DNA from: Macrostomum lignano
Taxonomy: Eukaryota
Direction: 5' to 3'
DNA length: 64,000 nucleotides
NCBI GenBank assembly: GCA_002269645.1
Contig: NIVC01001264.1
Location: forward strand, 186,001-250,000
Part shown: piece by piece, positions 54,362 to 64,000 of the stretch
Position numbering within the stretch: the first letter of the stretch is position 1
Layout: each line of letters starts with the position of its first letter
Notes under the pieces: model-generated
The model's input: only the letters and a program-made list of their open reading frames with translations
Databases searched by the model: none
What the model was told of the DNA's origin: nothing
Translations under genes and position numbers: made by a program

Positions 54362-55591
54362 TTATTTTTTGTTGAACCGCGAAAGCAGAAGCTCTCTCGC
54401 CCTCTTATCGATGTATTTTCTCTCAAGCATTTTATTGAGGATGTGAACGAACTCTTTTCTATTCTCATCTTTCATTCCGGTCTTTGCTGCTCCTAGAAGA
54501 ACCGCTACTCGCTTGTAGATTTCAGCTATTCCTTTTCCAGTTGAAGGCGGTTGGTCTTGAGGTTGTGGAGTTGGTTGGGCTTGTGGCTGCTGGGGAGGTG
54601 ATGCAAAAGACTGCTCACTTTCAGAGATGGAACTGTCATGTGGCGCCTGTCTTTGTTGAGGTGTGAAAACTCTTTGCTTGATTCTGTTCATTCGATCTGG
54701 AGAGTGTTGTTCTAAGAGTTGCCAGGCATCTGGGTGATCATTTTTATATTCAGCTACTTTCAAAGGGTCTAACTGCTCGAGTTGACTGAGTACTTGTTCT
54801 TCTGTGGAATGTTGCTGCTGTTGTGGCGGTTGCTGTTGTTGTTCTAGATATTTCATCTGATCAATGACTTCCCCCTGATCTGGCAAACCAAACCATTGTT
54901 TAAAGTGCTTGTACTTTTTGAAATTAGTCAGGTTGACACCGCCATCGTACATGTGTTTCAGAACTTCTGGGACCTTTAGTATTTCTATATCTCTAGCAAG
55001 AGAAAAAGTCACTAGATCTCTGTAGTTCTTTAGCTGTTTGTCCGAGATTCTCTCTTGGTTCTTGGTCATAAAATTCAGTAAGGTTTCTGTGAAAGGAATG
55101 CTCTTAGTTTCCGAGCCTTTGACAACAGAAATATGTTTCTTATTTATGTCGATATAATATTCCACTGGTTCATTATAAATGTTTTTTCTCCACATACTTA
55201 TTCCAAATACATATTTCCCATCATGTTCTACACGCTCTACTGGTCCAAAAATGTTATCTGTCACTTTTAGTTGCTGTTGTTGTGGTTGTGGTTGTTGTGG
55301 TTGTGATTGTTGTAGTTGCGGCTGTATCTGTGGTTGCGGTTGTATCTGTGGTGCTTCTGGAATTTTGCCCAAAGCCTTTTGCACCTGGGTTTCCTGTATG
55401 TCGTCGATAGTTTCTTTGACCTGATCAATATTTTTCTTAGCTTCTCCATACCCGGGTTTATGAAACTCTGTAGCTGCTTGGACAAACTCATTGTAGGATT
55501 GTTGCTCCTTATTTATTAGCCCGGTAACTCGTTTCTCTGCTTGTGCTAGCTTCTTCAATTCAGATATCTGCTGTGTACTTTTTCGCTTCAT
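54362..55591 (-). CDS. Maverick PZ-type protein (Q-rich)
   Basis: N-terminal helix ending FHKP; C-terminal GKG..RVAVLLGAAKTG..EFVHILNKM..YI resembles the PZ C-terminal motif. Confidence 0.65.
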   Translation of the reverse strand: MKRKSTQQISELKKLAQAEKRVTGLINKEQQSYNEFVQAATEFHKPGYGEAKKNIDQVKETIDDIQETQVQKALGKIPEAPQIQPQPQIQPQLQQSQPQQPQPQQQQLKVTDNIFGPVERVEHDGKYVFGISMWRKNIYNEPVEYYIDINKKHISVVKGSETKSIPFTETLLNFMTKNQERISDKQLKNYRDLVTFSLARDIEILKVPEVLKHMYDGGVNLTNFKKYKHFKQWFGLPDQGEVIDQMKYLEQQQQPPQQQQHSTEEQVLSQLEQLDPLKVAEYKNDHPDAWQLLEQHSPDRMNRIKQRVFTPQQRQAPHDSSISESEQSFASPPQQPQAQPTPQPQDQPPSTGKGIAEIYKRVAVLLGAAKTGMKDENRKEFVHILNKMLERKYIDKRARELLLSRFNKK

Positions 55592-55622
55592 TTCTTATTT
55601 TATTTTATTTTTAGTTAAAAAA

Positions 55623-56909
55623 ATGAACGACCCACTGACACCAGTTTTCTACAAAATTAACAAGCCTATTTTGAGTGATGATAGCACAATCAAAGCGACT
55701 CAGGTAAGAGTTCCCAGTCAGGAAAATCAGAATGAAACTAATCTTGGTCCTGGCCAAACACTGACATTCACATACAATGGATGTTCGTCTTTGGTTAGTG
55801 TGCACAGTTTTAAGAGCGGCTTCCATATGACATTTCAATTCAAGACAAAAGGTGGTGCGGATGCGGCTCGTGCTAACGTTGACAAGCATGATGCGGATGT
55901 GGCTCTGATCAGTAACTTTTGGGCGTACATGTTCAAGGAGTTTAGTGTATCGAATGGGAGCACAGAGTTGGAGCGAATCGCCAACTTTGGAATTGTCTAT
56001 GACGCTCATTGTTTGATCGAGAATCCTGATTTTATTCAGTTGGGAAGTGGTGCGGGTTTTATTGCAGATGAAAAAGAAGGAGACATCAATGACAGTGGCT
56101 ATAAAAAGAGGAAGAAGAGATACAACTATGCATTGCAAGGTGCTGATGATGCTGCTAAAAACCCGCTGTATCGGTCTGTTGATGTATTTGTACCACTGAG
56201 ATTTATGAGTGGATTCTGTAATAAATTTAATCGACTGACTAGTAACTTTAGCTACACATTTAGACTGACTAGAGATGATCGCAGTAGAGTGTTGTGGACT
56301 GGGGCGGACCACACTGGGATGGAGGTGAAGCTAACCGGAATCGAGCTGTATTTGGAAGTCATTGAGCCAAAGACTGCACTAAAAGCGGATTATCTTAAGG
56401 CAATAGAGAAGGACATTGATGTTGCATACACAGCCTACATGTGTCGAGATGAGCGAAACGAAACTAGAACAAATATCTGCATTAAAGAGGGATCATGCAG
56501 CAATCCAAGGTATATCATTATTAACATGAGAAACCCAAATAGCATTATACGCTACATGCATGGAGACGTGCGGTCCATTCAGCATGAAATCAGTGATAAT
56601 CTTTACCCTGCACTGCCACAAAATGGAGATTTCAGTCAGAACAAGATTAGCAAATTTTATAGCGAGTTGGTCGACTTGGCTGTGAAAGAGAACAATGGAA
56701 TTGCTATCACTGCTCTTCAATATGGAACTCTATATCCGATGTTTGGCGCTGATGTGTCTGCCAGACAAATGCCTACTGATAACAGCCCTGTGAATATCGT
56801 GACTAACATTGAGAGGACTGACGCAACACCCGTGGACTTGTACATTATCTATGCATTTGAGAGGAAGGTGAAGCTTAACATGATCAACAATTCATCCAGT
56901 AAAGTTTAA
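55623..56909 (+). CDS. Major capsid protein (double jelly-roll)
   Basis: Intact 428 aa; SDDSTI, NPRYIII and LYPMFGADVS motifs; located next to the penton and ATPase. Confidence 0.85.
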   Translation: MNDPLTPVFYKINKPILSDDSTIKATQVRVPSQENQNETNLGPGQTLTFTYNGCSSLVSVHSFKSGFHMTFQFKTKGGADAARANVDKHDADVALISNFWAYMFKEFSVSNGSTELERIANFGIVYDAHCLIENPDFIQLGSGAGFIADEKEGDINDSGYKKRKKRYNYALQGADDAAKNPLYRSVDVFVPLRFMSGFCNKFNRLTSNFSYTFRLTRDDRSRVLWTGADHTGMEVKLTGIELYLEVIEPKTALKADYLKAIEKDIDVAYTAYMCRDERNETRTNICIKEGSCSNPRYIIINMRNPNSIIRYMHGDVRSIQHEISDNLYPALPQNGDFSQNKISKFYSELVDLAVKENNGIAITALQYGTLYPMFGADVSARQMPTDNSPVNIVTNIERTDATPVDLYIIYAFERKVKLNMINNSSSKV

Positions 56910-56930
56910 ATATTTTTTTGTGGGTGAAAA

Positions 56931-57804
56931 ATGGAAGCGATTGCTGAAAGACTAAATAATATTATTTCGCACTCCAAGGAGAGCATTCCTATTACAATAA
57001 CTGGGCGAATTAATGACTCAAACGGGATATTTATTCAAAAATTAGAGCAGGTGATTAGCCTGGATCCAGGTGCTAATTATCATGTCTATCTTAACGACTT
57101 CACTGGTTGGTCAAACGTTCCCAATGTGTCGGCAGCAAATAATAAGTTTTATTACAAATGGAAAGGTGCAGCAGCAGAACCTGTGGTATTCCCTGTGAGC
57201 ACGCAAAGTGTGGATACCTACAATTACTTTCTAGAAAACGTCTTTACTAAAAGAGGCCATTTTGAGACACCTGATGCGAGTAAGCCAGATAAAAAACTGT
57301 TCCCTGTCAAACTATCCTATGATCTCACTGTAATGAGAGTGGTCATGCAAGTTCACAAAAATGCGGAGGTTGAGTTTAAAGATGACACTTGGTATAGGGA
57401 ATTAGGATTCGAGAAGAAAGTTTATAAGGAAGAATCCGCGGCGCGGACCGCCACTCAAGCGACGGGGGCCGTTATCATGGCCCGGGAAAGTGTACGCGGT
57501 TTGTTCTTAGCACCCAATATAGCAGACATTGTAAAGGGTTTGAATATTCTAATCAGAACTAATCTCAGTCTTGATTGGGTATTTAAGGGAAAGCGAACGT
57601 TGTACAATGTTGTCGTTGTACAACATCTCCAACTCTGTAGCTGGAGGACAGACGGTGGTAGAGAAACCAAATCCAGTGAAAAGAGTTGTATTGAGTAATA
57701 AGGAGATTCACGAGATTGTGCTACAGTTTGAGACTGAAGATGGGGTGGGTGTTGATTTCAACGGTGAAGAGTTTGTATTGACGTTGATCATTGAGAGAAT
57801 GTGA
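56931..57804 (+). CDS. Minor capsid protein (penton), frameshifted by a 16-nt insertion
   Basis: WSNVPNVSAANNKFYY; C-terminal GQTVVEKP..I..I..GVDFNGEE..LTL; removing 57608-57623 restores RTLYNISNS. Confidence 0.85.
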
Positions 57805-58135
57805 GAAAATGCGTTCCCTTTTAAGTATGCTTGCAGAGAATAGAGTGGTATGAAAAATGCACGCATGTGTACTCAAAATCTCTTACCCCATTCTGACAGT
57901 TTGTGGGCGCGGGCGTCGGGTGCGCGGGGGAGAGGGGAGTGTATGTGTGTGGGCGCAGCGCGCGTGGGGGAGAGAGATTTTCACTTTAACTGAGCCCAGC
58001 CGAGGAAGAATTCCGTCTCGAGGGAAGGCCAGAATGCAAACGATTTCGGCCTCGCGCAAGGCCAAAATGAAAAGGGTTTTGGCCTTTTGGCCTTTTGGCC
58101 TTTTTGGCCTTTTGGCCTTTTGGTTTTTCGGTTTT

Positions 58136-58378
58136 TTAACGCAACTGCCTAATGATTTCTGCAAAGTTATAGTAGCTGTCGTAATCTTTTACGTAGGTTA
58201 CTCCATACTTATGAAACCAGTGTCTTTGGAGAGCTTGATTAATATTAGAGACATTGATATCAACGTCAGGCCAATATTTTCTCATGTACTCGCTGCATTC
58301 AAGTTTGCATCGGTACTTGCTCTTGTAATTAGGCTCGTGCGCTTTGTAATAAGAACCCGGAGAGACAACTGGAAACAT
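58136..58378 (-). CDS. Small Maverick ORF of unknown function (80 aa)
   Basis: ATG after an A-rich leader; Tyr-rich; first ORF inside the right TIR. Confidence 0.45.
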   Translation of the reverse strand: MFPVVSPGSYYKAHEPNYKSKYRCKLECSEYMRKYWPDVDINVSNINQALQRHWFHKYGVTYVKDYDSYYNFAEIIRQLR

Positions 58379-58444
58379 TTTTATTGAGAATTTAATTTTT
58401 TTTCAAAGGGTAAGGACCCTGCGCTGATGATTTAAAGTCTTTGG

Positions 58445-58851
58445 GATCTGGTTTCGCTTTGCAAATTGAATGTGGGGAGAAGAATGCAGATTTTTTCTGA
58501 TTGTTTCGAACATGCTATGGGCGGATGTCGGTGTCAGTGAGCATAACAGGTGTCCTACTAGCTGTTATGCTCTGATTCTGTCAGGGATAATGCTCTGATT
58601 CTGTCAGGGATAATATGGATGGATTTAATAGGATTATGTTCGAAGTTTTCGGAGCAAGTGCGACCCCTCCCCTTTTTCAAGATTCTGTCAGGGATAATAT
58701 GGATGGATTTAGGTGGATTATGGAGAACGTTTTCGGAGCGAGTGCGACCCCCCTTTTTTTCTGATTCTGTCAGGGATAATATGGATGGATTTAGGTGGAT
58801 TATGGAGGAGGTGAAAAATTTTGTCCCAGAAGCCCCCTCATGCCTTCTACT
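58445..58851 (-). repeat. Right TIR of the Maverick
   Basis: Reverse complement of the left TIR; ends CTACT. Confidence 0.92.
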
Positions 58852-59880
58852 CATTCCTGCTCGAAAGCTGTCTCTTGCCAACTTTGAAATCAGCATTTGG
58901 ACAAATTAGCGGTTGAAATTATGGTTTTTGGGATGAAACTACTAAGTTTGACCAATACATTTCGCATTTTAACGTTAGAAAATAATAAAACTGTGAAAAT
59001 TGTCATTTATTAAACGAAATAATGAGCAATTCTAACAATTAGCTTTAAAAACCTGGCTTCAGTGGATATTGGACTGGCTGGGGTAATCCATGTGTGATTA
59101 ATTCCTGCTTCGAAGCTGTCTCAGAGTGGCCAGAAGTATAGCATTTGTAATAATTTTGTGTTAAAATTGTGGTTTCTAGTGATGAATTACTGATTTTGAT
59201 CAATAAAGTCTGCGTTTTAACGTAAAAATGCGTAAAAACTGCGAAAAATTGTATTTTCTTATGAAAAAATGCTTATTTCTATAGCAGTTTAGGCTTCAAT
59301 AGCCGTCTTTGGTTGATTCTGGGCTTGCTTGTGGATGTTTGTGTGCGATTCATTCCTGCTTCGAAGCCGTCTAAGGTCAAGTTGAAAACGACATTTGGGC
59401 ACATTAGCTGTTGAAATTATGGTTTCCAGTGATGAAACTACTGATTTTGATCAATAAAGTCTGCGTTTTAACGTAAAAATGCAGAAAAAATGGTGAAAAA
59501 TTGTATTTTCTTATGAAAAATGCACATTTCTAGCATTTTAGGCTTCAATAGCCATGTATTTGGACGATTTTGGGCTGGCTTGTGGATGTTTGTGTGGGAT
59601 TCATTCCTGCTTAAAAGCTGTCTAAGGTCAAGTTGAAAACGACATTTGGACAAATTAGCTGTTGAAAGTATGGTTTCTAGTGATGAAACTACTGATTTTG
59701 ATCAAAAAAGTCTGCATTTTAACGTAAAAATGCATAAAAAATGGTGAAAAATTGTATTTTCTTATGAAAAAATGCACATTTCTAGTCATTTAGCTTTCAA
59801 AATAACCAAATTTCTTGTTTGAAATTCCAACTTTACTTTGTATGGAGAGGTCAGTGCATGATTCATTCCTGCTTCTAACA
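58852..59880. repeat. ~250-bp satellite monomers (4 copies), each bounded by (C)ATTCCTGCT
   Basis: Motif at ~58852, 59100, 59351, 59602 and 59864. Confidence 0.88.
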
Positions 59881-60828
59881 GATTAAACCGACCGTCTCAA
59901 AGACCAAGTCTGAAAGCTTGAAGTGAGAAGGCATGGGGAGGCGGAGAGGCAGAATTGAATATTTAAATATGTGGACTTCACTACTTCTAGTATAACGCAA
60001 TGGTGACTTATACAATTTACAAAGTTTAGAATCAAGTAAATCAGAATTGCATGCGGTGGAGACACTGATTCATAGGCTGTGTACATTTACAAATGCAGCT
60101 GGGGTTTGTCAATGCAGGTAGGTAGAGGTTGGTGGACTCGGATTTGTTCAGATTCGTAGGGTTGATGTGTGCATTAAAAGTTGGTTTCTTGCTAACTGCT
60201 TCTATAGGGTATGGATGACGTAATCGGAGAAGAGAGGGGTTTTGCTGAATGAAGTTTAATATAGGGTCTGTGCTGTGGAAAGATCTGTCTGTACACTGAA
60301 AATGGAGAGAGGGTCGAAATTCCTTGGCATTTAGAAGGGGGACAGAGAGAACAGGGGCGAGTGTTAAAATTTAGCTCGACTTGTTATGGGGTCTGCGTCG
60401 TGAAGACGAGTCTGGTGAACATCAGAGGGGTGGCTGTTTTCGAACAGTCTTGGGTTGAATTTTGACTATGGTCCGAGTTAAAGGGTGATTCAACATTTAG
60501 TATAGGAGCTTCGAGGGGTGAGGATATACCGTACAGCAGTAGCAGTTGATAATTACCAATTAAAGGTCTTGTATCATACACACTGTCAATATAGAAATAT
60601 ACTAGCAATCTACGCCCCCCCGTTGGGGAGCCAAAGAAATGCTATACACGTTTTTTTAATAAGCTACATGTATCCTTGAAATCTTAAAAAATCTCCTGTC
60701 AAACCTTGTAAGCCTTGACATGTCAGTAATTCCCCCCCCCCCCCCAGCTTTAACATATCAACTTCCCCCTTGACATCTCAGCAATGCCCCCAATAAGCCT
60801 TGGAAATCTAAAAATATCTGTCAACCTT

Positions 60829-60873
60829 CTAACCCTAACCCTAACCCTAACCCTAACCCTAACCTAACCCTAA
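60829..60873 (+). repeat. Interstitial telomeric repeat (CCCTAA) x ~7
   Basis: CTAACCCTAACCCTAACC... with one CCTAA variant. Confidence 0.9.
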
Positions 60874-61632
60874 AGCATTGAAATTTCAGTAATTCTCTCT
60901 AAGAGTCATTATAGCACTACTACAGCATTATAGCGATAAGCTTCTTTTATTTTTTACATAACGCTTTTTTTATCAGCGATCCCTCGCCTGAGGAGGCATC
61001 AAATAATGTAATAAAAAGTTTTCAATAAACTACATGTAGCTTCTGACTTTAGCCTTGAAATCTCATTTATACCCCCGTGAGCCTTGACATCTCAGCTATT
61101 CCCCCCCCCCGTAAGCCTTGACATGTCAGCGATGGCCCCCATAAACCTTGAAATCTAAAAAATCCACTGTTAACCTTGAAACCCGATAAAATATAACCCT
61201 CAACCCACACCTGACCTAAACCTAACTTTAACCCAACCTAAAGCCTTGAAATCTCAGCAATTCTTCTCCCCTAAGCCTTGACATTTTAGTGATTCCTTCT
61301 TTAAGAATCACAGCACTATAACGATTTCCACCAAGCTTTGACATCGTAGCAATTCCCAAATGAATCTTTTAACTTCGACATGACTTTTCTTTTATGTATA
61401 CATAGTGCTACTTTTATTTTTTACATGACTCTTCTTCTATCAGCACCCCCCATGGCGAGCCAACAAAGAATGCAATAAAAAATTGAGTAAAGTACATGAA
61501 CTTTGAAGTAGCTTCTGACTTTTGCTTTGAGATCCCAGAAACAACCCCCCCCTCGTAATCTCAGTTATTCTCTGAGAGCCTTTACGTCTCAGTTTTTCTT
61601 CCCAGCACAGCATTATAGCTGCATTTTATTTT

Positions 61633-63297
61633 TACATGACACCCTTCACGTCTGACATGACGCTTCTTTTGATTTTTACATTACACTTCTTTTATTCTTC
61701 CATGATGCTTCTTAATTTTTTAAATGACGCTTTCATTAGTTTTTAAATGAGGCTTCTATGATTTTTTCATGACGCTTCTATGATTGTTTACATGACGCTT
61801 CTATGCTTTTTACATGACGCTTCTATGATTGTTTACATGATGCTTCTACGATTTCTGCAGGACACTTCTATGATTTTTACATGATGCTTCTATGATTTTT
61901 TCATGACGCTCCTATGATTTTTTCATGACGCTTCTATGATTTTTTCATGACGCTTCCATGATTTTTTACATGACACTTCTATGATTTTTACATGACGCTT
62001 CCATGATTTTTTCATGACGCTCCTATGATTTTTTCATGACGCTTCTATGATTTTTTCATGACGCTTCCATGATTTTTACATGACACTTCTATGATTTTTA
62101 CATGACGCTTCCATGATTTTTTACATGACACTTCTATGATTTTTACATGACGCTTCCATGATTTTTCTTCATGACGCTTCCATGATTTTTTACATGACGC
62201 TTCCATGATTTTTTCATGACGCTTCTATGATTTTTACATGACGCTTCCATGATTGTTTACATGACACTTCTATGATTTTTTGCATGACGCTTCTATGATT
62301 GTTTACATGACGCTTCTATGATTTTTTACATGACGCTTCTATGATATTTTCATGACGCTTCTATGATTTTTTACATGACGCTTCTATGATTTTTTACATG
62401 ACGCTTCTATGATTTTTTCATGACGCTTCTATGATTTTTTCATGACGCTTCTATGATTTTTACATGACGCTTCCATGATTGTTTACATGACACTTCTATG
62501 ATTTTTTGCAGGACGCTTCTATGATTGTTTACATGACGCTTCTATGATTTTTACATGACGCTTCCATGATTTTTTCATGACGCTTCTGTGATTGTTTATA
62601 TGACGCTTCTATGCTTTTTATATGACGCTTCTATGATTGTTTACATGACGCTTCTATGCTTTTTATATGACGATTCTATGATTTTTACATGACGCTTCTA
62701 TGATTTTTACATGACGTTTCTATGAGTTTTTCATGACGCTCCAATGTTTTTTTCATGACGCTTCTATGATTTTTTCATGACGCTTCTATGATTTTTACAT
62801 GACGCTTCTATGATTTTTTACATGACGCTACTATGATTTTTACATGACGCTTCCATGATTTTTTACATGACGCTTCTATGATATTTTCATGACGCTTCCA
62901 TGATTTTTTACATGACGCTTCTATGATTTTTACATGACGCTTCTATGATTTTTACATGACGCTTCTATGATTTTTTACATGACACTTATATGATTTTTTG
63001 CATGACGCTTCTATGATTGTTTACATGACGCTTCTATGATTTTTTACATGACGCTTCTATGATTTTTACATGACGCTTCTGTGATTGTTTACATGACGCT
63101 TCTATGATTTTTTACATGACGCTTCTATGATATTTTCATGACGCTTCTATGATTTTTTACATGACGCTTCTATGATTTTTTACATGATGCTTCTACGATT
63201 TCTGCAGGACGCTTCTATGATTGTTTACATGACGCTTCTATGATTTTTTCATGACGCTTCAATGATTTTTTACATGACGCTTCTATGATTTTTTAGT
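61633..63297. repeat. 21-23-bp satellite (CATGACGCTTCTATGATTTTTA), roughly 70-75 copies
   Basis: Direct inspection. Confidence 0.96.
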
Positions 63298-64000
63298 TTT
63301 CTTCTTGGTGTTAAAAAGCTTTAATTAAAAAAATTCCACTCTCTAAAAATTCGAACCATCGTCCCTGCATTTAGCAGTCAGTCTGTTTACCTCTAGGCTA
63401 GCTCTCATCGTTTTGATAATATGAATTTTAGCACTTATAATTATAAGTTTCAAAACTCCAAGCATAGAGTAAATCACACGAGGCAGTTATGACATAATCA
63501 ATTTCTCAGTCAGTCAGTATCAGTTAACAATATGGTTACGCAATTTAAATCAAGTCTGGTGCTACGCTTCCACACTGCATTTTCAATTTAAGTCAGAGTT
63601 ACAATTCAGTTATGATGCAATCTATTTCAGAATCAGAATTCAACCAGTCAGTTTTTTCTCTAGCATTCTTACAATGCATTTCAAGTCGAAAAGTTTGCTT
63701 GACCTTTGCAAAAAAGCATGTTTTTCGAATATTTAATCCCTTTAACATGGAGCAATTTCTTAGCCAAGATGCATGTACCGTCACGGGAAAATTTCTGATC
63801 GAACAGTGCAAGTCTCATGAAAATCGGTTAAGCCATTTTTTCTCTAATCGATTACAAGCAAGCAAGCAAGCAAGATTTTCATTTTTAGTATATAGGAAAG
63901 CACTGCTTCAACACAGTCCTGCATTTGGGGTCTGGCTTGGGGAGAGGCTTGGATGACGCAACCTCCACCCCATCGCTTGGCGAGAGTTTGTACAGGCCCG

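Larger units (their letters stand above)
42461..58851. mobile_element. Complete Maverick/Polinton (adintovirus-like endogenous virus), 16391 bp
   Basis: AGTAG...CTACT termini, ~0.4-kb TIRs, 6-bp TSD CATTCC (42455-42460, 58852-58857), full core gene set. Confidence 0.97.

Noticed and set aside
42461-58851. Bacteriophage/prophage or contaminant contig
   Set aside because: RVE integrase, adenain-like protease, a spliceosomal intron and a clean TSD within host satellite show a eukaryotic integrated Maverick
60829-60873. True chromosome end
   Set aside because: Only ~7 units, with complex sequence on both sides

Overview
Eukaryotic, almost certainly animal, genomic DNA. It has spliceosomal introns, (TTAGGG)n and the standard code; the style is reminiscent of the flatworm Macrostomum, but that cannot be proven here. 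Nested mobile DNA dominates. The main element is a full-length 16.4-kb Maverick/Polinton (adintovirus-like endogenous dsDNA virus) at 42461-58851. It has AGTAG...CTACT termini, ~0.4-kb TIRs and a 6-bp TSD (CATTCC). It carries integrase, protein-primed PolB, adenain-like protease, PW, packaging ATPase, PZ, major and minor capsid genes, a stand-alone parvovirus-type PLA2, an adenovirus pX-like gene and a spliced orphan gene behind a palindrome cluster. Other elements: the right end of a CACTA/EnSpm element with a CIDE-N-like accessory ORF; an apparently intact 3-exon hAT transposon with perfect TIR/TSD; a Gypsy element with a -1 frameshift signal, interrupted by a 259-bp-TIR foldback MITE and a solo LTR; a Gypsy relic > DNA transposon > LINE nest; several MITEs, LINE relics and satellites. 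Two host genes are recognisable and both look damaged: a GT32/DXD glycosyltransferase (GC-AG intron, stop plus frameshift) and RNASEH2A (MITE inserted at a catalytic Asp codon). All family assignments come from motifs read by eye; no database search was run.
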